From Chrysomallon squamiferum (Eukaryota > Animalia > Mollusca): a stretch of 64,000 nucleotides of DNA. Both the position numbers and the translations under genes were made by a program. Under the pieces are notes generated by a model. It searched no databases, was not told the DNA's origin, and saw only the letters and a program-made list of their open reading frames with translations. Every line of letters starts with the position of its first letter. Positions within the stretch are counted from its first letter, which is position 1. Shown here piece after piece: positions 30,895-44,761 of the stretch. The stretch is taken from positions 62,001 to 126,000 of the forward strand of contig CM022667.1 of the NCBI GenBank assembly GCA_012295275.1, read 5' to 3'.

Positions 30895-31973
30895 TTATTA
30901 ACTTTGACATTTTTAAAACACGCACACACGCACACACACGTACACATTTTTACTTAGACACACAACCCAAAAAAAATAGTCACCTATATGCAGAAAGTAA
31001 TTTTTCTACGATAATTTTCGATCCTCTCCAAGCTTATTATCGAAGATGTATTCAAAGGGAAAACTGGTTTAACATTAGTAGTATTAATAAAGGTATGATT
31101 AGTCGTTGTAGTCGGAGTAGGAGTAGCAATAGCAGCAGTTATTGTTAATCTGTATGAACTATATCATAATCTCTCCTTTCTTAATAACGAATCGTTTCTG
31201 AATCTTAAATATCTTTTTATTTTTCTCTTATTTTATTTTTTTTTTTTTTCTCTTTTCTTGTTAATAATAATAGTAATAATAATAAATAAAAATATAGTAT
31301 TTTATTTTGATTTTTATATATATTCTTCTTATAGTTTATTTTACTCTATTTTTAATTTTTATTTATTTATTTTTTCTTTTCTTCATTGTTTTATAATTTT
31401 TATTTATTTATTTTTAATTATTATTATTATTATTATAATTATTATTATTATTATTTTTCCTCGAGGTGTTTCTTTAACTAACCAGTATAAGAAGCTTTTT
31501 CGACGGTGAGTTAACGAGGTTTTCCGGATGTTAGCGAAACACGAATAAACATCTTTTTTTTTCTTTTAATTTTTTTTTTTTTTTTCGTTTTTATCTCTTT
31601 TTCACCTCGTCACGTACTGAAATCGCCGACTGATACCAGATCAAACCTATAAACCTATTTATGTCTGTCAAAGAATCGTGCGGCTTTAAATAATTCGTTT
31701 GTCAACCAACATCATCTTGTCGTGTTTGCTCAACACCCTTGACTAACGCCGAACGTCGTGTTTTCGTGGCGAACCTGTTAACCTGAAGAAAAGACTGAGT
31801 TACGTACGTAGAGAAAGTTTCAGAATAGCAGACTGCAGTGAGGTGGTAGGGTGACGTGTATTTGTGTTCGTGCTGATGGGTCACTGTCATTCATGGGTAC
31901 AAGGGGACAGGAACCGCCGTTAGCAACACCCCATAGTAATAATTGCCTTTGTCTGTGCGTGTGTCTGCAGAGG

Positions 31974-32060
<87 letters not shown>

Positions 32061-32306
32061 ACTCGTTAAAATATAAAGGGAAATAATATTAAGTAATAAA
32101 TAGAATAAAATGTGAAAATTCCGTAAGTGGAGTGAAACTGTCGAGAATCTGACTATTAATTCTTACTGTAAAGGGATCACATGTGTAAAAGAATTGACAG
32201 CCAGCTAGAGCGCGATATTAAAATGCCCGGGTCGTTTAAAAACCCAACCACTTTTAATATAGAGATATACGTGTGTGTGCGCGCGCGTTTATTTATTTAT
32301 TTATCA

Positions 32307-32340
<34 letters not shown>

Positions 32341-33329
32341 TACTACTACTACTACTACTACTACCACTACTACTACTACTACTACTACTATTATTATTAT
32401 CATCGTCATCATCATCATCATCATTATTATTTTGCTTTGTAATCAATCTGAGCTACAAATTAATTCACGGCGAACCCACATTACTGAATTACACAGTCCG
32501 TTTATGTGAAACGTGCAGAACTCTGGTCTTAACTAACCCATGCCCTTTGTTATTTGCCACAAGTATATATACCTGTTTCAAAATATGTGGTCAAAAAAAA
32601 ACATTTCTTACATCTTTTCAAACATACGTGTGCACTTCCTGGTCTCACATTTCTGATCTTTTTTTTTTTTTTATCTCTGCCAAATTTCACAACTTTGACG
32701 AAAGCTGTCAAGTGACATTTCGTATCTTGCTTAGATAAACGCTGATCTAATCTGAAGTGAGAATTACAAAGGTTGTAAGGGTTTGTTGGTATGGTATGGT
32801 AACTCTTTTTACGTGCCCACGTCCAATTCGAGGTTCAGGCACGCCTATCATGGATCCGATTTCTGGGATCGCCAGGGATGGGTTCCGGGACAGGAAGTAA
32901 GGGGTTGAGAAAGTCCACAAAGGTACGACGGATTTATATGCAGAGGGGTGGGTGGGCGTGGCGTTGGTTGCTTTACCCCCTGCTCCTACACACATACACT
33001 AAAGGATTGCAGGTGTCATGGAAATGACTTCCCAAACGTCTGCCATGTCAAAGATTAGTTTGCAGATATCGTAATGCATATAAAGACTGGTTTAATGTTC
33101 GACTGCACGGGAAATGTTTGTTGTCCAATCATATGTTAGCTTTCAGTCACATTCACCAATCAGAAGTAGTTATGCAAAATGGCTGCCTGGACATCGTCCC
33201 CACTTGTCCAAAATTTAGGTATGTCTGTGTTGGTTGACAAAACGAATACGATAATCGTTAAGTGTATTTATAAAGTCGAAGGCGATTTTGAAAAATATTT
33301 TTGATCGTTTTTAAACTTTAAATGAATAA

Positions 33330-33361
<32 letters not shown>

Positions 33362-34249
33362 ATTTATATGAAAATATATGCTGTTAGCATTAAGCTATTT
33401 CAACTTGTATTGTTATTTAACGTTGAAAATGTTACTGTCGGTGCAGCCGCTGTCTCCCATTCCACCATTGTTTCAACGTCTGTTAAAAATGAAGGAGTCT
33501 GACATTACCTTTGGCTAAAAAGGGCATTCTCGGAAGATGAAATATAACATCTGCTAAGGAAAGGTTATTGATAAAGATATGAGCATGAAGATATGTAAAT
33601 ATGTTTACGTGTTGTGTGCACGTTAAAAGTGTATGTCTCTCGTTACTTATCTACTTATATTTTACATTGTGTGTATGTAGCTATATATGTGTGTGTATAT
33701 ATGTGTGTGAATGTTATTGATAAAGATATCAACATGAAGATATGTAAATATGTTTACGTGTTGTGTGCACATTAAAAGTGTATGTCTCTCGTTACTTATC
33801 TACTTATATTTTACATTGTGTGTATGTATGTATGTGTGTATATACGTGTGTGCATGTGTATGTGTGTGTTTATCTGTCTGTCTGTCTCTCTACCGTTACG
33901 GCTGTCTGTATCTATCTGTTTTTTCTTTTCTGAACGTCGGTCTATCTATCTACCTATATACTACATATAAATAAGAAGTAGCAAAACAAACCCCCGTCCC
34001 CCCAAAAAAATTAAAATTAAAAAAAAAACAGAACCTATAACTGAAATACAACGATAATAATAATAATAATAATAACAAAACAGAACCTATAACTGAAATA
34101 CATCGGTAATAATAATAATAAATAACAAAACAGAACCTATAACTGAAATACAACGGTAATAATAAAATAACAAAACAGAACCTATAACTGAAATACAACG
34201 GTAACAATAATAATAAATAACAAAACAGAACCTATAACTGAAATACAAC

Positions 34250-34299
<50 letters not shown>

Positions 34300-34387
34300 C
34301 ACAGAACCTATAACTGAAACACAACGGTAATAATAACAACAACAACAACAACAAAAACAGAACCTATAACTGAAATACAACGGTAAT

Positions 34388-34425
<38 letters not shown>

Positions 34426-35017
34426 AAAACAGAACCTATAACTGAAACACAACGGTAACCTTACTCGTCTGAAACACCATGAAGAAGATGCCGAAGAACT
34501 TGTTGATGACCGCGTCCTCCGACGTCTGCGTTATCTTCGCGTACCAGACGCCCACCTGCGTCAGGTACGTGCACTTCGCCGACCACAGCGGCGCGGCTCC
34601 GAGGCCGAGGATGACGGCTGCAGGGGCCATGGTGCCCCAGATGGCGTAGAAGTTGGCCACCATGTAGAGGACGTAGCCCGACATGGCCACCGGGATCGTC
34701 CACTTGCAGCCGAGGCGCGCGATCATGATGGGCGGCACGAACATGCAGGAGATGATCAGCGCAGCGTACAACACGGCGATGCTGCCGGAGCCGACGCCGT
34801 ACTCCTTGTTGAGGCTCGACTGCAGGTTCGTCATCGACTGGAACGCCGTGAAGAGGAAGAGGAAGCCGATGCTGACGACGGCGACGTTTTTGACGATTTT
34901 TCCTTTGCTCATCGGAGAAACGAATTTTCCTTCTTCCACTTCCATGTTGGTCAGTTTCTTCGATGGAAGTTTCACAGCGTTGTCGTAGGACGGGGGCTCG
35001 TTGTTCTTGTCCGACAT
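24308..35017 (-). CDS. UNC93A: UNC93A-like MFS membrane protein, copy B (intact, ~484 aa)
   Basis: Exons 34465-35017, 30689-30846, 29524-29763, 28375-28510, 27594-27725, 24308-24543. All GT-AG; lengths sum to 1455 nt in one frame. Motifs: FLFLFTAFQSMTNLQSSLN, GAAPLWSAKCTYLT, FFGIFFMVFQTSQIWGNLISS, YSGVEQGF, WGMGDAVIQTQINALYG, FANYRLWESVGF. Confidence 0.95.
28950..29520. repeat. ~31-bp minisatellite (TAAGACTACTGAAATTAACGTATACCCTAAC), roughly 18 units, in copy B intron 3
   Basis: Tandem units are directly visible, degenerate towards ~28760, and abut the exon 3 donor at 29523. Confidence 0.95.
33564..33850. repeat. Tandem duplication, period ~149 bp, in copy B intron 1
   Basis: GTTATTGATAAAGATAT..CATGAAGATATGTAAATATGTTTACGTGTTGTGTGCAC.TTAAAAGTGTATGTCTCTCGTTAC occurs at 33564 and 33713. 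Confidence 0.9.
34024..34460. repeat. 8 copies of a ~30-bp core (ACAGAACCTATAACTGAAATACAACGGTAA) separated by variable (AAT/AAC)n tracts
   Basis: Cores are near 34028, 34080, 34130, 34175, 34225, 34301, 34357 and 34429. The array ends at the exon 1 donor of copy B (34464). Confidence 0.95.
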
Positions 35018-35060
35018 TGTTTTGTGTGTCTCTGTGTAAAGAGATTGTTTTGTTTTTTTA

Positions 35061-35097
<37 letters not shown>

Positions 35098-35411
35098 GAA
35101 AGAAAGAAAACTGAATAATAAAGTACAGGAAATAAAAATTAAAAAAAATTAAAAAAAAAATTAAAAAAAATGGATCAAGAAATAAAGAGAGAAATTAATA
35201 AATAAATAAAAATAAGTAGCAAGTGTAACCGGTATTCTTTCTCTCCTACAAAAGTACACTAATACTGTTGCCTGTGGTCTGGTCATATCGCTTGTCTTGC
35301 TGTATTATCACACAAAACAAACAAATGAGAGTTCTGCATGTTTGATCAAGTCGTGAAATTGCTACCGTAATATATGGAATCTCTCTCTATCTATCTATCT
35401 GTCTACCTACC

Positions 35412-35442
<31 letters not shown>

Positions 35443-36036
35443 CTATCTATCTCTCTATCTCTCTCTCTCTGTGTTTCTTGCTCAGTATGCATACATACAT
35501 ATATATATATACTTTTATCCTATTTATTCAGTCTATCATTTCTCTCTTATCCCCTATCTCGTTCTGCTGTCTCTCGTCTTTTGTGTCTCGTTCCATCACC
35601 ACTATATTAATATTATTATCTATGAAGTGCTTCATTATTTTCTAATTTTTCTAATCTGGCATTTAATATTTTGTCAAATATTAGCCCGTAACATTTCGTT
35701 CAGCATCTTTTTCGATTTACTTTCTTTTTTCTTCTTCGTTTCCTCCCAGTTTCTTAACTCAGTAAAAGGTATTTGAATAAAAGGGCGACAAACAACAGTT
35801 GTGTAAACAAAGGAAGCGGACTTTTTTTTTTTGCTGAATAGATAAAGTAGCGGCAAGTAGGTATATGTTTGACTAAACGTGAATTCGTCGTATACGAGAT
35901 AAAGATTCGTAGTGAAACGGTTTTCGTACTTAAATTAAATTGTCGCGTTTCCTAGATGGTCAGTCATGTCATTTATTTTGACTAGAAGTACTTCCTTGAG
36001 AGTAACTGGATAAACGATAAACAAATATTTAAAACA

Positions 36037-36104
<68 letters not shown>

Positions 36105-37115
36105 ATTATCTAATAATAATACTAACAACAACAACAGTTTTCGTATTATTATTTAAAAACTAGAATAATTAATCTGTGTGCGGGAAAGTCTCTAAAATAG
36201 ACTGTTATCCTGTCAACGAAAGCGCGTAGCTGTTAATTAATTCTGTGACAGTCTATTTTGTGCGGGACTGTCTTCAAAGTAAATTTACGCCGGCGTTTGA
36301 ATGAGTTGCTTCCATAGTCAGCGTGACTAGCGTACACGAAACATTTGCTCATCTTTTCAAGGTTTATTTTAAACGTTTTTCTCCACAACTAGCAACAAAG
36401 GAAACAAAAGAATTAAAGTGAACTCTATTGCGTTCGTACCAGTTATCGCTACACCTTGAAACCGACACCACGAACTACTTATTCAAAGGTATCGGTTGCA
36501 CGTACTGTTTTCCTTACTTTTGTGTGACGTTCATCCTGAATGAATCTTCCAACCCATCCTTTTAAATGTCTGTTTATTTAATTTTTTTGTTATTGTTTAC
36601 TATTGCCAGGGCTCAGACAAAGAATTTTGATTTATTCAGGATCTGCTGTATGTATCAAGGACATGACAACAACAGTTAATGTAGTAAATAATCCGGGTGC
36701 CTCTTCGTTTATATATTGCATTATGTCATGTCGTTATGTATTATGTGTATATTTATAGATTAACATATAATACCTAAAGTCACGTAAACCCATGCATACA
36801 TACAAATATATATATAGACTTAGATGCATAAATATACTGTCGGTCATCGATTTCACGAACGTCGTTTTTTCGGAATTCAGGAAATCGGAACCATGGAACT
36901 ATGGAAACAAATAACAAAGTTTTGACCTACCGCTATTTCCCGCTTGAAACTTTACCTCTAAGTAATTTTAATGTATTCTGAGTGTCACTGTGCTATCGCG
37001 GCAATCATTTGTCAATCCATTTTCCATCAAGATAAGAGTAAGTTTGACAAATCCACCCATGACCAGCCTAGACTGACGAACTTCACTCAGCCTAGCCTGC
37101 ATTTTTCTACAGCAC

Positions 37116-37153
<38 letters not shown>

Positions 37154-37386
37154 TGACATTTGTTTACATTGTTTTCATAACTGTGTATTATTTTTACACT
37201 GTTATATCACAGTATTATACAGCTATAATTGTGTACTAAAGTTTAATGTTTCGGTAAATTTTAGGGTTAATGTTTATACTTGTGATTTCTCAGACTTTTG
37301 CAATTTTCGGACCGATGTTCCCCACTCCTAGCCTGTTAGTCACTGAAACCGAGAGTCAGCAGTACATAATACATATATATATATAT

Positions 37387-37426
<40 letters not shown>

Positions 37427-38191
37427 CGTTAAATACATTCTCTTCTCCCACTCCTCTTTTTGTGTTTATATTTACATCTACCTAGTTCATGAATAATTTG
37501 TTTTTGTCGTCAAATCGGTATGCAATACGCATGTAAAAGCATCCCACTTTGCAATATACATACTAACTAAGTTTTTATTACTGAAGTAAGTACTATTTAT
37601 AAGTATTTCGATAAGCTATTTAAGCATACAAACCCATTTATCGTCCCTGAATAAAAGATAAATAAATTTAAAAAAAAAAAAAAAAAAATGTTCAGAATTT
37701 AGCACGTCGACGTCAGCCTGCATGGCTATTCATACCTGTAAAAACTTTAAATTGTAGAATTACCTGTGGAATATATATATAGATATGTCTCCTGATAAAC
37801 AAATATGTCTCAGTACATTTCGTTTTAATCTGTTCCTTGAGGGTATTGCAGAATACAAAGAAGAAGCTAAGCTACTCTCGTCTATTTTACTCTACATCAA
37901 GCTGTTTAAATTAAGTGAAAAAAGGTTACTCTATTGTTAATATCGTGACTAGCATTATTATATATCCCCCAAGTCCTCCAACTGTAAATAAATACCCATG
38001 CATACATACGCACCTATGTGCACAAACAAATGTACCTGGGGACCAATTTAACGAAATATGTAATTTACATAATGTAAATATTAATACTGATGAAAGTGTT
38101 TGTGGGTGTGCATGAGTATTCATGAATGCATGTGTATATGTTTTTTATATATATACATACACACACATACATATATATGTATGTATGTATG

Positions 38192-38233
<42 letters not shown>

Positions 38234-38334
38234 CATATATATATATATGTATGTATGTATATATATATATATGTGTGTGTGTGTATGTATGTATGTATTT
38301 GTGTGTGTGTGTGTGTGTGCAGACATATATGCAT

Positions 38335-38385
<51 letters not shown>

Positions 38386-38495
38386 GTACACAAAAAATAC
38401 TTTTATCAATTAGGTAGGGACTAGGTACATTTATTAGTGCTTTGTTTATGTTCCAGAGTACATAAATAAGATAGTAACTTTAATTTTTAACAATG

Positions 38496-38526
<31 letters not shown>

Positions 38527-38912
38527 CAGGTCAAAGATGTTTAACAAGACTCCTTTTCAGAACGTAGCCGCATTTTCAAAAGGTCACGACAACATCGTTT
38601 TATCTAAATGCACAGAACAGTATGTAACAATAAATTATCAAAAACTGTCAAAACTGTCGGAAAGAAAAACAAAATGATTACCTGTCCAGTGCAAAAAAAA
38701 AAAAAGAGAAATATGATATAAAGTTTGCGTGGATTTTACAACAGAAGTTCAGTTAACCGGTAAAAGATTAAATGAAGGTAAAAAGCAGGTTACCTGTCGT
38801 AGACTCCAGGTATGTGTGTGTACCTTTGACTGAAGTGCTGGCGCAGATTAACGTGCGGCTGGATTTACCTCGCTGTCACCAATGTTTTGTCACGCTGAAA
38901 TGTTCAAAGTCG

Positions 38913-38922
38913 GTCACGTGAC
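38913..38922. promoter_or_regulatory. Perfect GTCACGTGAC (CLEAR/E-box; MiT-TFE/USF type) upstream of copy B
   Basis: Exact palindromic 10-mer in a CpG-rich non-repetitive block (38700-39070) about 3.9 kb upstream of the copy B ATG. Function is inferred only. Confidence 0.35.
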
Positions 38923-39552
38923 ACGTTTGCGTACACAGCGTGCCTTTGAAGCTAGTCGAGGTTTTGAGAGAAACACCTGACATCCTAGAAGTGACGGCGA
39001 GCGAAATGGAACGTTAACCCTTTAACTGTCGCCGACTTCCCTTTGTTTTAAGGTCATTATGACGTAATCATTTTATTATAAACGCTGCCTTCTAAACTGG
39101 TTTTAATTTTTATAATACTGTTATTTTTATTATTATTATTATTATTATTTTTCATTGGGGGGGGGTTGTCGTTGTTGTTTTGTTTGTTTGTTGGTCTTTT
39201 TGTTTTGTTTTCTGCACAAACCGACAGATGTCCTCTGGGTTTATGAAATTATTTTTTTCTTCTTCTTCTTTTTTCTTTTATGTTGGACTAAATTTCATGA
39301 CGCAGATTGTTCTGTTGTTGTTGTTTGTCGTGGTAGTTGTGGTAGTTGTGATAGTTACTTGCCATGGAATTATTATTGTCGTTGTTGTCATTGATGTTGC
39401 TCCTGAAGATATTGCTGGTTACAGATTTATTGTTTTAGCTGATGTTGTTGTTTTTATTCTGCGTACTCTGATGACCATAACATAACAGACTTTGATAAAT
39501 TTATGACAATAATAGAAATTATTAATATAATAATAATAATAATAATAATAAC

Positions 39553-39593
<41 letters not shown>

Positions 39594-39840
39594 TAATAAT
39601 AATCTACTTTTATTATATTAATAAAAATGGACACTCTCATATACACAGACAGACACACACAAATAAGAAACTAAACTGAAAGAAAAGTTAAATATCTACG
39701 AAATATTTTACAAATAAATCAAAAAATGTAAAAAAATTTCTTATCACAATGTTAGCGAATTGAATAGCGAATTTTTCATTCACTGTTTTCCTTTTGTTTC
39801 GTTTTCTTATTAATTTTACATGTGTCAAGTTTTCAAGTAG

Positions 39841-39887
<47 letters not shown>

Positions 39888-40077
39888 CTGATAAATATGT
39901 TTTTAATTTTAAGGGTATAATACCATAACATTATTATAAATGTAAAACATTTATAAAATTGGTAACTTTATATTATTATTATTATTGTTGTTGTTGTTGC
40001 TGCTGCAGCTGCTGTTGATTTAAATTGTTGATGTCCAACTTCTTACTTTTACTACTACAACTGCTACTACTACTACG

Positions 40078-40111
<34 letters not shown>

Positions 40112-40528
40112 TTCCCTAGAAGGCTTACGGTATTTTTTTTAATAAGGATTGGTCTACGTTATCTGAAGTATATAGTCAAAATAAGCTTCATAAATTATCT
40201 CCGTTATCATGAATTACGCAGATCAATTCTCCAATGTCTATATACTTATTTACCTGTTTTTAATCACAGGTAAACAGAGATTTATTTCGTTTTATTTTTA
40301 TTTTAGATCAACTCCAGTGCACTAGTTTTATTTTTCTTCTTCTTTTTTTTTCACTTATTTATTTTATTTTTATACTTTATTTGTTACTTTTACTTCCTTG
40401 ATGTATTAATAACTGATATTTGAATACAGTTGCTTAGGTATTAAATATTTCATGTCCAATAAACTGTTTATTTACTTCCCCCACCCCAGTGTAATTAGAT
40501 ACAGATTAAAAAAAATAATAATAACAAA

Positions 40529-40561
<33 letters not shown>

Positions 40562-41186
40562 AGGGCAAATCTTTCTTCCGGGTTTTTACTTATCCAATCA
40601 AAGGCGACGTTATATCTCGCATTGTTTGATTTGTTTAAGCAGGTCATTTTCCCGATAAAGAAGAGTGATACGAAAATAAATAATGGTTTCAATGATTGTA
40701 CGGTTTACTGAGCATTTGCGTATAAATATCGATTTGTTTCCATGTGTATTTTTGCTATATCGCTTGCATAATACTGATACGGCAATCACTGCCAACTTGT
40801 TAAATAGACTGATTTCTTTTTCTTTCTTTCTTTTTCATTTTTAATTTTTATTTTGTTTTATTTTATTTTTTATCACCTATAATGAAATCATACCGGTGTC
40901 AAAGAATATTTGTTCCCACCGCATATTCGTTCTCCACACACTGTATGATTATTTTCGTTTAATGTTAAGAAAATACACTAAATTACCGATTAAAATAACG
41001 ATTAAATTGCAAACTTAGAAACCTAATGTTCGTCACAGTGTGTAAAATCCAGTTTTGTGCATTTACTAAACTGTACTTACACAGGTAAACATACAAATAT
41101 TCTTTCAGTGATTTATAGTTATTTTATAAGTATAAGATAAACATTCGCTAAAAGATTTCAGATTTGGACTTTGATTTTTTTTATGT

Positions 41187-41222
<36 letters not shown>

Positions 41223-41949
41223 TGGTTAAAATACAACCGTAAAACAAATTGGCTGAACTGATTCACTGTTAGATAACAAAGTATACCTATGCCCCTTAGT
41301 GGGGAATGTTTACCATGTTTCAACTGACCATTAATTCTTTTTGTAATCAGTTCTAAGTTCGTATGTGATTTATATATCGGTGTACACAGGTATTTGTAGG
41401 GCGTATGACATACTTACAAGTAAGATATAGGAAAATGACATTCGCATAATTTGATTTATCTACGTAACATTATTATTATATATATAATCTTTTATAAGTC
41501 TTCTTTAAAATATTAATAAATTGTGCTAAATTATCTCCCATAATATCATAATATCTTTATAATATTAAAGTTCGTTATCGTATATATATATAACTTGTTA
41601 TAAATGTTGTTTTGGGGTTTTTTCTTATATAAATAATTGCGGGTTTTACTTTTTTTATATATATATAAATAATTGTTATCAATGTTTTTTTTGTTTGTTT
41701 GTTTTTTGTTTTTTTTTATAATAATAAATAATTGTTTTATTTTATAAATCTATGAAGTAATATGAATTAAACTCAAATATTACCGTACTGTTCTGTTAAC
41801 TGTTTAGTAGTTTATTTACTGACTTCCACGCAGTAAATTCCAGACATTTAGTAAGGAGTTGTCTCCCATTTTGATTACTGCAAAAATAAAAAATACATGA
41901 AAGATTATTTTCTTCGGTTTCTCATAATGTTAAGAATCTTCTTTTCTTC

Positions 41950-42024
<75 letters not shown>

Positions 42025-42049
42025 GATATGGATTAAATGTCTTTACAAA

Positions 42050-43200
42050 TTTACCTGACACGTCACTAGAAATAAATGATTTTCCTTCAACAACAGTTGA
42101 TACATCTTTAGATACAGTAGGTTCACGTTCAGCCAAAAAAATTATACGTTGTAAATAATAAAGTATTCGTCTTCAGGAACAGTTATTAAACTCCTTGGAA
42201 ATAAATGACTAGCCTCTCGCAGTAGTAGATAAGTTTTTAAAAATAAATGATCCGCCTTCAGTAATAGTTGAAATGTCTTTAGAAATAAATGATTCTCCTT
42301 CAGTAATTATTGAAACTTGCTTAGAAATAGCTGATGCGACTTTAAATGTCCTTAGAAAGAACAAATACGCTCATAAATTAAATTATTAGAAACAAAAGAT
42401 TTGCCTTGAGCAATAGTTGAAATGTCTTTAGAAAAAAAAGATTTCACCTTGAGCAATAGTTGAAATGTCTTTAGAAAAAAAAAGATTCACTGTGAGCAAT
42501 AGTTGAAATGTCTTTAGAAAAAAAAAATGATTCGTTTTGTGAAGCAAAGTTGAAATGTCTTTAGAAAAAAAAAAAGATTGAAACTGTTGAGAAATAGTTG
42601 AAATGTCTTTAAAATTAATGGTACGTTTTTGTGAAATAAATGACTGGACCTCAGTAATAGTTGAAACTTGTTTAGAATGAGCTGTATGACTTTAAAATTA
42701 ATGATACGTCTTTAGAAATAAATGCTTTGCCTTGAGCAACGGTTGAAATGTCTTTAGAAATAAATGATTTGCCTTGAGCAACGGTTGAAATGTCTTTAGA
42801 AATAAATGATTTGCCTTGAGCAACGGTTGAAATGTCTTTAGAAATAAATGATATGCCTTGAGCAATAGTTGAAATGTCCCTAGAACTGTCTTCAGAAATA
42901 TATTTTTCGTTCTCAACCACAGTTCATACGTTTTTAGAAATAAATGATTCGCTTTCAGCAATATCTAGTACGTTGTCAGCAATAGTTGAGACATCTTCAG
43001 AAATAGCCATCGCGTCTTTAGTAATAGTTGAAACGTCTTCAGAAATAAACGTTTCGGCTTCAGCAATAGTTGAGACATCTTCAGAAATAAACGTTTCGGC
43101 TTCAGCAACAGTTGAAACATCTTTAGAAATAAACGTTTCGGCTTCAGCAGCAACTGGCTTATCTTTCAGATGAAAATGATTCTTTAACATCTTTGGTAAC
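42050..43200 (-). repeat. 42-bp (14-codon) tandem repeat at and after the copy C stop, reading FISKDISTVAQGKS / FISEDVSTIAEAET
   Basis: Near-perfect units at ~42720-42850 and ~43010-43150, with degenerate units down to ~42050. Seen in ORFs 42924-43211, 42672-42920 and 41948-42136. Confidence 0.9.
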
Positions 43201-43713
43201 AACTGGATCATCTTCAGACGTCTGCCGTCTTTTCACCAGCACTTTGACGACAGCGAAACACAACATTCCTGACACTAAACAAACGATGCAGATAGACAGC
43301 TTGACGTCTGCGCAGAGGTAGTCGTTGTAAGCGTACGTCATCATGTAACCAACACACTGCCAGAGACGATAATTGGCGAATGCTGCTTCGGCGCTGTCCG
43401 TAAACAAACATCCATAAAGTGCTGTAAAAATAATTTAATATATATATATGGTTAAGACCTCGAGCTTAGTTTATTTTTCCTAGGTTCTGAGATCAAATCA
43501 CAAAAGTAACAGATAAGTAAGACCATTAAATATTCTGTTCTAGTTGATCTTCTAACATACTAACACACACCTGGTTAAATACACACGCACCAAAACAGTG
43601 TACCCAAGACAGGCCTCTCGGTGCATGGTAGCACGTTTCTATATCTTTGTTAAATTATTTACTTGCAAAGATACTGTATTGAATATCTATTTCAGGTGGT
43701 ATGTGTTCTTTGC

Positions 43714-43792
<79 letters not shown>

Positions 43793-44711
43793 GTTTAATA
43801 GTATATCATATACCTTTAACGGATATAATCTATGTGTTTAAGCTATCTGTTTCTACGACAACATGTTACTCTGTAAGTATAAATTTATCACATCTTGTGA
43901 AATACTCACAGTTCAGTTGTGTTTGAATAACGGCATCTCCAATGCCCCATGTCGCTGCAAGGATGTAAAATATTAAAATTTCGTCTGGGTTTGGACTCCA
44001 CAGTCTGAAAGTTATCAAGCTGCCACCATGCAAAACGAAAGCTACAATAAGAAACGTAACGCTATTATAACGATGTCAGAAGATTATTGAATACTGATTA
44101 ATCACAATATATAATTGTTTCTTAAATAAACTGAAGGTATTCTATTTCTTTAAGAAGTACGTATTTATAAATTAATTCATATACTGGACAATATGTGTGC
44201 ATGTACGAGTGTGTGTGTGTATGTCTTTGTGTTTATATACATATATATACATACACATACGTAAACATGTATAATAATAAAAGTAATAATAATAATAATA
44301 ATATACTGACTCACCGAGAATAAAGAAAGGAATTTGTCCTACGTACTGAACAAGACGACCAAAAGTAAAAGAACAAATGGCGTCACTGACTCCGTACACG
44401 ATCATGACGTAACCTATGTTCCAGATTCCGATAGCGCACGTTACATAGGCCTGAAAGCGAAAAAATGCGTTGACTATATATCTGATTTTAAAATATACAA
44501 CACCTGAAAATACGACTGAAAATATATGTTAACTATATATGTGTGTGTTAAAAATGCAGAATCATTTCAAAATCAGTATTCCAGTGGAGCAAGTTACTTG
44601 GCCCGAATGTGAAATTATTGTTCATTTATGTTATATATTTTTGTATTAAATTAGAGTATTTCAGTTGTATCACATATTTCTTTTTTAAACAGGAACACTG
44701 CACACATCGTG

Positions 44712-44761
<50 letters not shown>

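Noticed and set aside
34024-34460. CRISPR array (conserved ~30-bp repeats with spacers)
   Set aside because: The spacers are low-complexity AAT/AAC tracts of variable length, there are no cas genes, and the array lies in a eukaryotic intron.
34683-34988. Antisense and alternate-frame ORFs over UNC93 exons (also 18537-18798, 50559-50828)
   Set aside because: These are shadow ORFs caused by GC-rich codon usage of the real exons.
42924-42926. Selenocysteine or readthrough TGA in the repeat tail
   Set aside because: It replaces Ser (TCA) in a degenerate repeat and no SECIS was recognised; a point mutation or sequencing error is simpler.
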